A stretch of DNA of 61,679 bases, the filler included. It is 5 parts of 5 records of this genome, joined end to end, with 100 filler letters (N's around TTAATTAATTAA, not from the genome) between each part and the next. Parts side by side here need not be neighbours in the genome. Positions count along the whole stretch, not along the records: positions 47,814 to 54,579 come from SRR31156797_5243; positions 54,680 to 61,679 come from SRR31156797_5253; 3 more parts are not named here. One strand, 5' to 3'. How positions within the stretch are numbered: position 1 is the stretch's first letter; the number at the start of each line of letters is the position of its first letter. This document shows positions 49,614 through 60,223 of this stretch, in pieces. Made by a program: the position numbers and the translations under genes. Below the pieces are notes generated by a model that saw nothing but the letters and a program-made list of their open reading frames with translations, was not told the origin of the DNA and did not search any database.

Positions 49614-51641
49614 TTGGAAATGCTGCTATACACCATTCATTTTCTTAGCGTTGTTCTCATAGTTTTTCTTCTTTTTAGAAAGCTTAATTCCGAAAAAGTT
49701 GCCAGAAAAGAGTTGAGTAAAGAGGTTGAAGACAGAAAAAAGGCTGAGGCTGCTTTAAAAGAAAGTATTGATTATCTTTCAATGGTTTTCCAAACCGCCG
49801 ACAACGTTGCTTTTGTTACTACAGATCTTGGCGGTGAGGACACAACAGTATTAGAATTTAGTCCTGGTGCGGAGAATATTTTCGGGTATAAAAGTGACGA
49901 GATCGTTGGAAAAAGGGTGAGTAGGCTTCATCTGTCAGAAGATGTTGAAACCTTTCCTGAGCTTCAGGAAAAGATGAAGGGTGGTAATAAAGGGTTTTCA
50001 GGGGAGACGACACTTATAAGAAAGTCCGGTGAGAAATTTCCAGCAATGTTCACTATTCATCCGATATTAAATTCTGAAGGTGAAGTTATAGGAACTATCG
50101 GTGTGTCGATCGACATCTCTAAGAGGAAGGAATCAGCAAGAGAACTTGTTGATAAGAAAGAGCAGTTGGAACTGGTTCTTAAAAGTGCAAATATTGGTTG
50201 GTGGGACTGGGATATTCCAACAGGAAATGAACAGTATAATGATATTCTTCCAAAAATTCTGGACTATACTCCTGATGAAGTTGAACCTCATATTAACTGG
50301 TGGACCGAAAAGATCCATTCAGATGATCTAGAGCTTGTTACAAAGGATCTGGAGGATCATTTTGAAGGAAAGACCGAGTTTTATGCAAATAGACACAGGT
50401 TGCTGCGAAAAGACGGAACCTGGAGATGGTTTTTTGATTATGGAAAAGTAGTCGAGAAAGACAGGGATGGGAAAGCTCTAAGAATGATCGGTACGTTAAG
50501 GGATATCGATGATCTGGTCAGATCAGAAGAAGAGATGCTTAATGTTAAGAAGCTGGAATCTGTCGGACTCCTTGCCGGAGGCATCGCACATGATTTCAAC
50601 AATATCCTTTCTGCAATTTTTGGAAATATTGAGCTTGCGATGTTGAAAATGAATAAGACTAGTGATGAATATAGTTACATAGAAACAGCAAATAGTGCTC
50701 TTGAAAAAGCTACCAGCCTTACGAAGCAGCTTTTAACTTTTGCTAAAGGTGGAGAACCGATCCTTGGATCTGTAGATCTTAAGGTATTGATCAAGTCAGT
50801 TGTAGATTTTAACCTTTCAGGCGGAACAATAAAAGCAAACTTCGATATTCAGGACGATCTATGGCAGGTTAGTGCTGATAAGGGGCAGTTGTCGCAGGTT
50901 ATTACCAATTTACTCGTTAATGCCAGGGAAGCTATGCCTGATGGCGGTAATATCTTTATTACAGCGAATAATTCGGGAGAAAAGGCTTCTGAGATGGTAA
51001 AGATAACCATAAAGGACGAGGGCAGAGGGATTGATCCTGAGCATGTTCATAATATTTTTGATCCATATTTTACGACAAGTCCCGGAGGGAGTGGTTTAGG
51101 TCTTGCAACAGTTTATAATATTGTTAGAAAGCATCACGGCTCAATATCTGTTGATTCAAACCCGGGTGAGGGAGCGATGTTTTCGATCCTTATACCTGCT
51201 GAAACCTCTGATGTTCTAGACGTCAAACCTGAAAGGACAGAGAAAGTCAAAAATATAAAACCACAAAAAGTTCTTATTATGGATGATGATAGTGTTATAC
51301 TTGATCTGATAACAGCGATGTTGAAAATATTCGGACATTCTTCATTTAGATCTACTGATGGAAAGCAAGCTCTGCAGATGTATAAAGAAGCTTTTGAATC
51401 CGGTAAGCCTTACGACATAGTTATAACAGACCTTACTGTTCCGGGAGGAATGGGAGGCAAAGAGACTGTTGAAAGAATTAAACTTATAAATCCTGAGGCT
51501 AAGGTAATAGTTGCAAGCGGATATTCCACCGACCCTGTTCTTGCAGATTATTCCAGTTACGGGTTTTCAGGCAGATTGATAAAACCTTTTAATGTTGATG
51601 ATCTAAGAAATGAGCTTCTCAAAGTTTCTAAAGAAAGTTAA
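49614..51641 (+). CDS. PAS-domain hybrid sensor histidine kinase/response regulator
   Basis: Two PAS domains; LAGGIAHDFNN H-box, NLLVNA, D.G.GI, GSGLGL; C-terminal receiver (MDDD, DLTVPGG, KP). Confidence 0.93.
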   Translation: MEMLLYTIHFLSVVLIVFLLFRKLNSEKVARKELSKEVEDRKKAEAALKESIDYLSMVFQTADNVAFVTTDLGGEDTTVLEFSPGAENIFGYKSDEIVGKRVSRLHLSEDVETFPELQEKMKGGNKGFSGETTLIRKSGEKFPAMFTIHPILNSEGEVIGTIGVSIDISKRKESARELVDKKEQLELVLKSANIGWWDWDIPTGNEQYNDILPKILDYTPDEVEPHINWWTEKIHSDDLELVTKDLEDHFEGKTEFYANRHRLLRKDGTWRWFFDYGKVVEKDRDGKALRMIGTLRDIDDLVRSEEEMLNVKKLESVGLLAGGIAHDFNNILSAIFGNIELAMLKMNKTSDEYSYIETANSALEKATSLTKQLLTFAKGGEPILGSVDLKVLIKSVVDFNLSGGTIKANFDIQDDLWQVSADKGQLSQVITNLLVNAREAMPDGGNIFITANNSGEKASEMVKITIKDEGRGIDPEHVHNIFDPYFTTSPGGSGLGLATVYNIVRKHHGSISVDSNPGEGAMFSILIPAETSDVLDVKPERTEKVKNIKPQKVLIMDDDSVILDLITAMLKIFGHSSFRSTDGKQALQMYKEAFESGKPYDIVITDLTVPGGMGGKETVERIKLINPEAKVIVASGYSTDPVLADYSSYGFSGRLIKPFNVDDLRNELLKVSKES

Positions 51642-51722
51642 TTCTCTCTAAATTTGACATGATTAATTCCTGTTATTAGAATCACCAGTATTTTGTTTTA
51701 CTCACAGATTGGAGAATGAATT

Positions 51723-52844
51723 ATGAAAGATCCAAGAATCGCACAAGTTGCAAAGAATCTAGTTGGTTACAGCACAAAAGTTCAAAAGGGCGAAAATGTT
51801 CTTATAGAATTTAAAGACCATTGGCCGATACCATTGGTGCATGCACTTATTGAAGAAGTTAAAGCTGCAGGCGGAAGAGCTTTTGTAAATTATAATGACA
51901 CAAAACTTCAAAGAAAAGCACTTCTTAATGCTGATGACGAGTGGTTTGATGTTATGAGAGAAGTTGATCTTCTGAGAATGAAGAAAATGGACGCATTTAT
52001 TGCAATAAACGGCCGTGATAATAGTTATGAACTCAGTGATGTTCCTGGCGAAACATTGAAAAAATATATGGAAAAATATGCAAAACCTGTTCATTTTGAA
52101 GAAAGAGTTCCAAACACAAAATGGTGTATTCTTGCATTCCCAAATCCTAGTTATGCTCAGGCTTCTTCAATGAGCAGCGAAGCTTTTGAAGAGTTCTATT
52201 TCAATGTTACAACACTTGATTACGCTAAGATGGATCGCGCAATGGATCCTCTTAAAGCACTTATGGATAAAACCGATAAAGTTCATATAAAAGGGCCGGG
52301 AAGAACGGATATTAAGTTCTCTATTAAAGACCTTGGATCGATCAAATGTGCTGGTCAGTTCAATGTTCCTGATGGTGAAGTTTTCTCTGCACCTGTTAAA
52401 GACAGCGTGAATGGAGTGATAGAATATAACACGCCGACAGTTTATAACGGAACAAAGTTTGATAAGGTAATTCTTACATTTAAAGATGGAAAGATCGTAA
52501 ACGTTGAAGGAAGTGACGTTGATAGACTTAATGAGATCTTTGATACTGATGCAGGTTCTAGATATGTCGGTGAATTTGCGATTGGTGTAAATCCTTATGT
52601 AACCAAGCCGATGGTTGATATTCTTTTTGATGAGAAAATTGCAGGTTCTATCCATTTTACACCAGGCGCAGCTTATGACGATTGTGATAATGGAAATAAA
52701 TCTTCAGTTCATTGGGACCTTGTTATGATCCAGACTCCGGAATATGGTGGCGGAGAAATCTATTTTGATGATGTTCTTATAAGAAAAGATGGTCTTTTCG
52801 TTGTTGATGAGCTTAAACCGCTTAATCCTGAGAATCTTAAATAA
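51723..52844 (+). CDS. Aminopeptidase, M29 (AmpS/aminopeptidase T) family
   Basis: NVPDGEVF, GEFAIG, LFDEKIAGSIH, HWDLV. Confidence 0.92.
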   Translation: MKDPRIAQVAKNLVGYSTKVQKGENVLIEFKDHWPIPLVHALIEEVKAAGGRAFVNYNDTKLQRKALLNADDEWFDVMREVDLLRMKKMDAFIAINGRDNSYELSDVPGETLKKYMEKYAKPVHFEERVPNTKWCILAFPNPSYAQASSMSSEAFEEFYFNVTTLDYAKMDRAMDPLKALMDKTDKVHIKGPGRTDIKFSIKDLGSIKCAGQFNVPDGEVFSAPVKDSVNGVIEYNTPTVYNGTKFDKVILTFKDGKIVNVEGSDVDRLNEIFDTDAGSRYVGEFAIGVNPYVTKPMVDILFDEKIAGSIHFTPGAAYDDCDNGNKSSVHWDLVMIQTPEYGGGEIYFDDVLIRKDGLFVVDELKPLNPENLK

Positions 52845-52965
52845 ATACAAACTATTAGCTTTTCTGCTGTTTTGTTTTTGCATACTCTTTTTTCTTGTTA
52901 AAAATCTTATATACAGTATACTTTCCAAGTTCAAATTTTATATTTTTGAAATCTTGGAGGTTTCT

Positions 52966-54579
52966 ATGCGCAGATTAATGATCTTAGCTTTGTTTATTTT
53001 GTTTTCTTCAACTGTTTTCGGGCAGACATTACTTTTGCAGGAAAGCTTTGAAGGTGGTGATACTAATTATGATGCTAATACCTTCGATGACGCAAATCTT
53101 GGTGGTACAGGAGCCGATTATTTTATGGTTCTGTCGAACTCACACATTAAGTTATCTACATACGCTAATGTTGGACATGCCGATTATATCTGGTCTGAAA
53201 GTATGAACAATGTTAATGGTACTTATTATTTTGCTGCTGAAGACACTAATGATGCTGATAATGGATTCGGTTCAACAGAAAGTTGCTTCGTTGTAATTAA
53301 AACAGTTGATGTTTCATCTTATGAGAAAGTAAGGGTTGCCATTGCTGTTGGTGCTCCCAGACACTCAGGATTCATTGAAGGTAATGAGACCCCTTGGGAG
53401 GGTCTTGAAGTACAATATGCTTTTGATAATATTGCTCCAGCAGGGGACCTTAATGTTAATCAGGGAACGTATACAACAGTTGGAGCTTTTAAAGGGGAGG
53501 CTGCCTCCACTATGTTTTACAAAGAAGATACTAACCTTGATAATATAGGTGATGGAACTCAAATTTCTTCGACTTTTCAGGATTTTACCTATGAATTCGA
53601 TACAAATGGTAAGCCTGAAGTATCAATAAGAGTTGAGGTGTTCATTGATGGGTCAGAAGAAATGGCTTTTGATAATATAAGAATATATGGAGTCGGATCT
53701 ACATGTTCAGAACCAACAGTTCCAACAGTGACAGCTACTCCGACAGCAGTTTGCTCAGGAAGCAGTTCAACTCTAAATATTACCGGAAGTTTAAATGATG
53801 CAACTGCGTGGAATATCGATACAGGATCTTGTGGCGGAACTTCAGTAGGAAATACTTCAGGTTCTACATTTTCAGTGTCGCCGACTTCAACAACAACTTA
53901 TTACATTCGCGGAGAAGGTGGCTGTGCAAGTCCAAACTCATGCGGTTCAGTAGAAGTTGCAGTTAAAAGTCCGGTAGCTATTGTTGAAACTGCAGATCAA
54001 TCATCAGTTACTGGAACTTCAGTGACTTTAGGTGGAAATGTAACTTACAGTGACTGTTCATCTGTAAGTGAAAGGGGAATTGTTTATTCAACAGCTACAG
54101 ATCCTGTTATTGGCGGTGTGGGTGTCACAAAAGATACAAATGGTTCAGGTACAGGCTTGTTTGTTGAATCAATAGGCGGTCTTACACCAAATACTATTTA
54201 CTACTTCAAGGCTTATGCTGAAAATTCTAATGGTGTAAGCTATGGAAGTGGAAAGAGTTTTAGAACTTCAGCTGTTGCTCCTGTAGCGACAACAGATGCA
54301 GCAACAACTATAGGCACAACAGGAGCCGAACTTAATGGAACTGTAAATGCTAATAATTCAAGTGCAACTGTTACTTTTCAGTACGGAACAACTACAGGTT
54401 ACGGATCAGAAGTGACTGCAGATCAAAGTCCGGTTGCTGGAACAACTGATACAGCTGTCAGTAAAGCTATAACAGGTCTTGCTCCAGGCACGACATATCA
54501 TTATAGGGTGAAAGCAGTTAACACAGGTGGAACAACTTACGGAGCTGATCAGACTTTTACAACATTAAAAGTTACACCG
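52966..54579 (+). CDS. Large secreted/surface protein with Ig- and FN3-like modules, 3'-truncated
   Basis: GGAGG RBS then MRRLMILALF signal peptide; PTSTTTYYIRGEG Ig-like module; GLTPNTIYYFKAYA and GLAPGTTYHYRVKA FN3-like repeats. Confidence 0.8.
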
Positions 54580-54679
54580 NNNNNNNNNNNNNNNNNNNNN
54601 NNNNNNNNNNNNNNNNNNNNNNNTTAATTAATTAANNNNNNNNNNNNNNNNNNNNNNNNNNNNNNNNNNNNNNNNNNNN
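54580..54679. other. Artificial contig linker
   Basis: N44-TTAATTAATTAA-N44. Confidence 0.98.
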
Positions 54680-54680
54680 C

Positions 54681-54911
54681 TGGATGTATGCCGTGTACTT
54701 CACGGATAAGGGGACCCGGATCCAGTATGAGATGTACAATCTGACCGATGATCCGGGGGAGATGACCAACCTGGCGTGGGGACCGCGAAGAAAGGCGAAC
54801 CTTGCCCGGATGCAGGAACTGCACGACCGGCTGACAGCAGAACTTACGACCCACAAGGCTTTGCCCGATGGATTTCAGTGGCCGGCAAAGGCGGGAACGG
54901 AATCCGTATAG
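54681..54911 (+). CDS. C-terminal fragment of a sulfatase-like protein
   Basis: EMYNLTDDPGEMTNLA matches the sulfatase C-terminal E.Y.L..DP.E..NL motif; open at the contig edge. Confidence 0.7.
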   Translation, partial: WMYAVYFTDKGTRIQYEMYNLTDDPGEMTNLAWGPRRKANLARMQELHDRLTAELTTHKALPDGFQWPAKAGTESV

Positions 54912-55102
54912 CAAACCGTGGTGGCTTGTGCCGAAAATCAGCATCACGGAAAGCAATTCAAAAAGGAAGCCGGCAAGTCCCTGGGGCAGGTGTTTTCCCC
55001 TCGCCCCGGTTGATTTAATTTAGGCAAGGAATCAGAAGTTGTTGGCAGCTTAAATCTCCAACAGCCGTGATTTACACCCGATGTGAAAGGAAGGCAAAAC
55101 AA

Positions 55103-58100
55103 TCAGCCGCCGGGAAAGGCCCTTTCACCTAAGTTGCCGTAGCGGTGATAGGTGTTGCAGAGGCTCTGTTCTCGGAAGTACCGGGTCATCTCTATGCGGC
55201 CTTCCATGAGCACCGGGTCGCTCGAGATATGACATCCCCTTTCGGCCGCGGCTTCATAAACCGATCCAGGTACGCGGTCGGAGGCGGCATAGCGGATGAG
55301 CGGCATCGACGAAACGGCCTCTGTCAGGTCCTCGTCCGTCTCTTCCCGTGGCACCAGGCCGTCCAGGAACCGGATACCGTCGGTGGTGTTCAGAAATTGC
55401 ACGGCCCGGGAACGGGTCCCTGGCCGTATACTCAATACGGTTTCGCACCCGGCGATCCGGGCCGCGGCCACGCGCATCAGGATATCGAAAAGGTTATCCT
55501 GCTCATGCACCCGCACAAGGACCCGGTCATAAGGGAGGTAGCGGAAGACATTGTCCTGTCCCCGGAGGTTGAAGTAATCCTTTTCCCTTGAAAACGCCTC
55601 TTCCATCCAGTAAAGACAGCTCCGAACCCCGAAAACAATCTTTTCCAGGTCGGTTCGCCACTCTTTCAACCTACCCCAGATAAGTTTGCTTTCCCATTCC
55701 TGGATGACCGGGAGAAGGGGGTTCCCCCCGGTCAAGGGGCCGGTCCGGGGAAAATCCCCCTCATCAAAGGCCATGAACTGGAACAGATAGTTGGGCCCGC
55801 CCACCTTGATCCCGGCCCCCAGGGCCGATTTGCCCATGCCGCCGAAGGGCTGGCGCAGCACCATGGCGCCGGTGGTACCGCGGTTCACATAGAGGTTTCC
55901 GGCCCTCACCCGCTCCTGCCAGTGGTCCTGTTCCCGTCTATCGAGACTCTCCAAAGAGGCGGTCAGGCCGTAGCCCGTTGCATTCACCATATGGATGGCC
56001 CCATCCAGGTCTTCCGCCTGAAGGACACTCAGAACAGGGCCGAAGAACTCGGTGGTGTGGGAGCGTGATCCGGGACGGACCCCGCATTTGATGCCGGGGG
56101 TCCAGAAATGGGGATTATTTTCTTTCATCTCCGGCTTAAGTGCCCATGTTTCCCCTTCGTCCAACTCGGTGAGGGCCCACTTGAGGTCCCCTGAAGGGGG
56201 GCGGATGAGGGGGCCGGTCCCGTTGTGGAAATCCCATGGTGAACCCACGGCAAAACTCGCGGCCGCATCCACAAGCTGACGCAGGAAATTTGGGTCTTCA
56301 TAAACCTCTTTTTCCAGGATCAGGAGGCTGGTGGCGGAGCACTTCTGGCCCGAGTGCCCGAAAGCGGAATGGACCACATTTTTGATGGCCTGGTCCCGGT
56401 CGGACATGGCCGTGACGATGGTGGCGTTCTTGCCGCCGGTTTCCGCGGCCAGGAGACCATGGGGCCGGGCCTTTTGAATCTTCAATGCGGTCTCGGTGCC
56501 GCCGGTGAAGATAATAAAATCCACATCCGGGTGGGTGGTCAGGATATCACCGTCCTCCGCGCCCGGGCAGGGAACAAACTGGAGGGTATGTTTGCCGATG
56601 CCGGCGCGCCAGAAGCATTGACAGAGGACCCGGGCGGCCAGAACCGCCCGTGATGCGGGTTTCAACAACACCGTATTCCCGGAAGCCAGCGAAGCGGCAA
56701 TGCCGCCGCAGGGGATGGCAATGGGGAAATTCCAGGGGCTCAGGACCAGGCCCACGCCCCTCCCCCGGAACCTCAGCCCGCTGAGCCCTTCCCCATGGCA
56801 GGCCGAAAGGGCATAATATTCCACAAAATCGACCGCCTCCGAGACTTCCGGGTCCGATTCGTAAAAGACCTTCCCCCCCTCGGCCGCCGCTGCACCGATC
56901 AGGTCGCCCCTGGCCCGGCGGATTTCCATGGCCGCTCTTTTCAGGACCTCCCTGCGTTGTTCCGGGGGCAGACGCCGCCAGCCGTCGGGATCGGCCTTGG
57001 CCGTGGCCACGGCCGATTTCAGGTCCTTCCCGTCCGCCCGGGTCCAGAGGGCCACCACCCGGTGCGCCCCCCGCTCCGGATCCCACTGGGAGGGGTCGGT
57101 GACGGCCCGGGTCCGCCGGTCTTTAAAAACCTCGCGGCCTGAAAAAACCAGAGGGATTTCAAGGGGGGCATCACCCGGTATCTTCCTCCATTTCTCCCGG
57201 ATGGATTCGGCCCAGGCCCGGTTGGGGGCCAGGGACCAGTCGGTGTCGGGTTCGTTCCTGAACCGACCGTCAAGGGTGGGGCGGGCGGAGACCCGGAAGT
57301 CTTCCCTGTTGCGGTCCTGGCATCTAAACGAACTGACCCGGGCCGGGTCTTCATGCTCAAGGGAGTGAAGGAACTGGCCCTTCAGGTATTTCCACTCCGG
57401 ACCCGTCGGTTCCAGATGACAGGCATGACGGAGGAAGTTCTCTTCCCCCGTATTCTCGTCCAAACGCCGTATAAGATAGGCGATGGCGCTCACGAACTGC
57501 TCCCGGGTGGCCACCGGCGCGTATAGAACCAAATCCCCGGCGGTTTCCTGTATGGCCCGGCGGACGTGGTCGGCCATCCCTTCGAGCATCTCCACGGAGA
57601 AGTGTTCCAGAACACGGCTATTCCTGGCCAGCACAAAGGAATAGGCTAGGTCGAAGAGGTTGTGGGAGCCCACGCCGATGTTGACGGCCCGGATGTTATC
57701 CGGCCTGGTACCGTATCGGATCATCCGCTTGAATGCGGCATCCACATCCAGCTTGTTGTCGTAAGGGGCCAGGGGCCAGTTTTGAAGGGCCGATTCCACC
57801 TTTTCCATTTCCAAATTGGCCCCCTTGACGATGCGGATCTTGATGGGGGCCCCTCCCCGGTCCACCCGGTCCCTGGCCCACCCGGTGAGCGCCTGCTGAA
57901 TCCCATATGAATCCGGCAGATAGGATTGCAGGGCCAACCCGGCGGAAACATGGGCGAATTCCGGCTGATCCAGGGTTCGGGTAAAGGCGGCCACCGTTAT
58001 TTCCAGGTCCCGGTACGCCTCCATGTCCAGGTTGACGAACTTGGAAACCCGGGTTCCGTCGACCCGGGTGAAGTGATGGTCCCCGGCCGCCCTCAGAAGC

Positions 58101-58726
58101 CGGGAAAGCCGTTCCACCAGAATGTGAACGGTATGTTCGAAAGCCAGGGAAGAGATCTGGGAGTAGAGGGTGGAAATCTTGACCGAGATGTATTGGATGT
58201 GAGGGCTTTTGAGGTCTTTCACATAAGCGGCAAGACGGGTGAGGGCTTCCCCCTCTCCCAGAACCGCCTCGCCCAGGTGGTTTATATTCATGGTCACGCC
58301 GTCCCTGGCCCGCGCCTTCAGGTGCTCTTCCAGGGCCCATTTCTCGCCGGGAATGACCGATCGGCTCGAATCGTCGCGCACCTTCCCCATGACCCGGGGG
58401 ACGGATACATGGGGGAAATGACGTCCGATCCCCAAAAAAATCCGCATGAGCAGCTTGTCGCCCGCGGAAAAAAAGTGCGGCACCCCGTATTTCCGCATGA
58501 GATGGTTGATTTGATCCGCCACCCGCTCGGGGTCTTCGGAACGGAAACTCTGGTCGATGAGCGCGGCCATGAGCACCTTGTCCCGGGGATTGCGAAAAAA
58601 GAGGTCCATCTGCTTCCGGAGGACCCGCTCTTCCCGGTTCAGCAGCCCATTGGCCCGGTTCTGCCAGGTTTCCGCCAGATTCAGGGCGTCTCGGGTGGTT
58701 TGATCCAGGTTGTATGACCACGCCAT
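55103..58726 (-). CDS. putA: Bifunctional proline dehydrogenase / P5C dehydrogenase
   Basis: NLDMEAY, IRIVKGAN, GSHN, YLIRRLDEN; SPWNFP, FTGGT, ETGGKNA, SGQKCSA, EFFGP. GGAGG RBS favours a start at 58726. Confidence 0.95.
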   Translation of the reverse strand: MAWSYNLDQTTRDALNLAETWQNRANGLLNREERVLRKQMDLFFRNPRDKVLMAALIDQSFRSEDPERVADQINHLMRKYGVPHFFSAGDKLLMRIFLGIGRHFPHVSVPRVMGKVRDDSSRSVIPGEKWALEEHLKARARDGVTMNINHLGEAVLGEGEALTRLAAYVKDLKSPHIQYISVKISTLYSQISSLAFEHTVHILVERLSRLLRAAGDHHFTRVDGTRVSKFVNLDMEAYRDLEITVAAFTRTLDQPEFAHVSAGLALQSYLPDSYGIQQALTGWARDRVDRGGAPIKIRIVKGANLEMEKVESALQNWPLAPYDNKLDVDAAFKRMIRYGTRPDNIRAVNIGVGSHNLFDLAYSFVLARNSRVLEHFSVEMLEGMADHVRRAIQETAGDLVLYAPVATREQFVSAIAYLIRRLDENTGEENFLRHACHLEPTGPEWKYLKGQFLHSLEHEDPARVSSFRCQDRNREDFRVSARPTLDGRFRNEPDTDWSLAPNRAWAESIREKWRKIPGDAPLEIPLVFSGREVFKDRRTRAVTDPSQWDPERGAHRVVALWTRADGKDLKSAVATAKADPDGWRRLPPEQRREVLKRAAMEIRRARGDLIGAAAAEGGKVFYESDPEVSEAVDFVEYYALSACHGEGLSGLRFRGRGVGLVLSPWNFPIAIPCGGIAASLASGNTVLLKPASRAVLAARVLCQCFWRAGIGKHTLQFVPCPGAEDGDILTTHPDVDFIIFTGGTETALKIQKARPHGLLAAETGGKNATIVTAMSDRDQAIKNVVHSAFGHSGQKCSATSLLILEKEVYEDPNFLRQLVDAAASFAVGSPWDFHNGTGPLIRPPSGDLKWALTELDEGETWALKPEMKENNPHFWTPGIKCGVRPGSRSHTTEFFGPVLSVLQAEDLDGAIHMVNATGYGLTASLESLDRREQDHWQERVRAGNLYVNRGTTGAMVLRQPFGGMGKSALGAGIKVGGPNYLFQFMAFDEGDFPRTGPLTGGNPLLPVIQEWESKLIWGRLKEWRTDLEKIVFGVRSCLYWMEEAFSREKDYFNLRGQDNVFRYLPYDRVLVRVHEQDNLFDILMRVAAARIAGCETVLSIRPGTRSRAVQFLNTTDGIRFLDGLVPREETDEDLTEAVSSMPLIRYAASDRVPGSVYEAAAERGCHISSDPVLMEGRIEMTRYFREQSLCNTYHRYGNLGERAFPGG

Positions 58727-58871
58727 GTTCTTTCCTCCAACCATTCAGAAAGCCGGTTTGGTGGAACGTTTGCGTGAGAGCCTTATTTTATCTTTATCAT
58801 TTCCGAATTATTATTTATTATAACAGAGCACGCTAAATAGTAAAGAATCTCGGGACAGGAGGTGCGCCAAA

Positions 58872-60200
58872 ATGGTTGAGAAGGTCATTATCATGGGGGC
58901 CGCCGGTCGGGATTTTCACAACTTCAACGTCTATTTCAAAGAGAACCCACGCTACCGGGTGGTGGCATTTACGGCAGCTCAGATCCCCGCCATTGACAGC
59001 CGGCGGTATCCGCCTTTACTCTCGGGGAATACATACCCTGAGGGTATCCCCATCCATTCGGAGAGCCGGTTGATAGATCTCATCAGGGAACACCGTGTGG
59101 ATCTGGTGGCCTTTTCCTACAGCGATGTTCCCCATGTGGAGGTCATGCACAAAGGTTCTGTGGTCATGGCCCATGGTGCCGATTTCATGCTCATGGGGGC
59201 CACCTACACCATGCTCAAATCCCGAAAGCCGGTGGTGTCCGTCTGTGCCGTCAGGACCGGGTGCGGAAAATCACAGACCACCCGCAAGGTATGCGCCATC
59301 CTTCGGAAGCTGAACAAGAAGGTGGTGGTGGTCCGTCATCCCATGCCCTATGGAGACCTGGCGGTTCAGGTGGTGCAACGGTTTGTATCGTATAGGGATT
59401 TTACCACACACCGGTGCACACTGGAGGAAAGGGAAGAATACGAACCGCTTGTGGATCAGGGGATCGTGGTCTATGCCGGCGTCGACTACGGGAAGATTCT
59501 CAAGGCCGCCGAGGAAGAGGCCGACATCATCGTCTGGGACGGCGGGAACAATGACACCCCTTTTTATTTCCCCACGGTGCACATTGTCCTTTTCGACCCT
59601 CACCGGGCAGGGCATGAACTCCTTTATTATCCGGGTGAAACCAATATGATGATGGCCCATATGGCCATCATCAACAAGGTGGATACGGCACCCCCCACAG
59701 GGGTTGAACAGGTGCGGAAAAACATTCTGCAGTATGCGCCCCAGGCCCATATTGTCCTGGCGGAATCGCCCGTCACCGTCACCCATCCCGGCCGCATATG
59801 CGGAAAGCGGGTCCTGGTGGTGGAAGACGGGCCCACGCTGACCCACGGAGAAATGGCCTATGGGGCAGGTCACCTAGCGGCCGAAGCCTATGGGGCGGCC
59901 ACAATAGTTGACCCGCGGCCTTATGCGGTGGGAACCATCAAGGAGACCTATGCCCGATACCCCCATGTCAAGGCGGTGCTTCCCGCCATGGGGTATGGAA
60001 AGGGGCAGATCAAGGATTTGGAGATGAGCATCAATAACGCCGATTGCGACATGGTCCTCTTTGCCACGCCCATTCAACTCACACGGGTCCTCTCCATCAA
60101 TAAGCCCACGCTTCGGGTCCGGTATGAATACAGAGATTGTGCCCCCCCCCACCTGGAAGAGGTCCTTCTGAGTCGTCTGCAAAGGATGGGAGCCATCTGA
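58872..60200 (+). CDS. arcE: Arginine synthetase-like P-loop protein (family often annotated as cyclic 2,3-diphosphoglycerate synthase/GTPase)
   Basis: MGAAGRDFHNFN, VAFTA.QIP, AVRTGCGKSQT, RHPMPYG, EEREEYE, WDGGNND, VEDGPTLTHG; directly upstream of carbamate kinase; AGGAGG RBS. Confidence 0.8.
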   Translation: MVEKVIIMGAAGRDFHNFNVYFKENPRYRVVAFTAAQIPAIDSRRYPPLLSGNTYPEGIPIHSESRLIDLIREHRVDLVAFSYSDVPHVEVMHKGSVVMAHGADFMLMGATYTMLKSRKPVVSVCAVRTGCGKSQTTRKVCAILRKLNKKVVVVRHPMPYGDLAVQVVQRFVSYRDFTTHRCTLEEREEYEPLVDQGIVVYAGVDYGKILKAAEEEADIIVWDGGNNDTPFYFPTVHIVLFDPHRAGHELLYYPGETNMMMAHMAIINKVDTAPPTGVEQVRKNILQYAPQAHIVLAESPVTVTHPGRICGKRVLVVEDGPTLTHGEMAYGAGHLAAEAYGAATIVDPRPYAVGTIKETYARYPHVKAVLPAMGYGKGQIKDLEMSINNADCDMVLFATPIQLTRVLSINKPTLRVRYEYRDCAPPHLEEVLLSRLQRMGAI

Positions 60201-60223
60201 AACCCGGGACAAGGTCTTGCCCT

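Noticed and set aside
17181-54679. Four identical TTAATTAATTAA elements within N-runs, and any gene neighbourhood spanning them
   Set aside because: They are assembly or concatenation linkers. Composition and RBS style change across them, so cross-linker synteny is meaningless.
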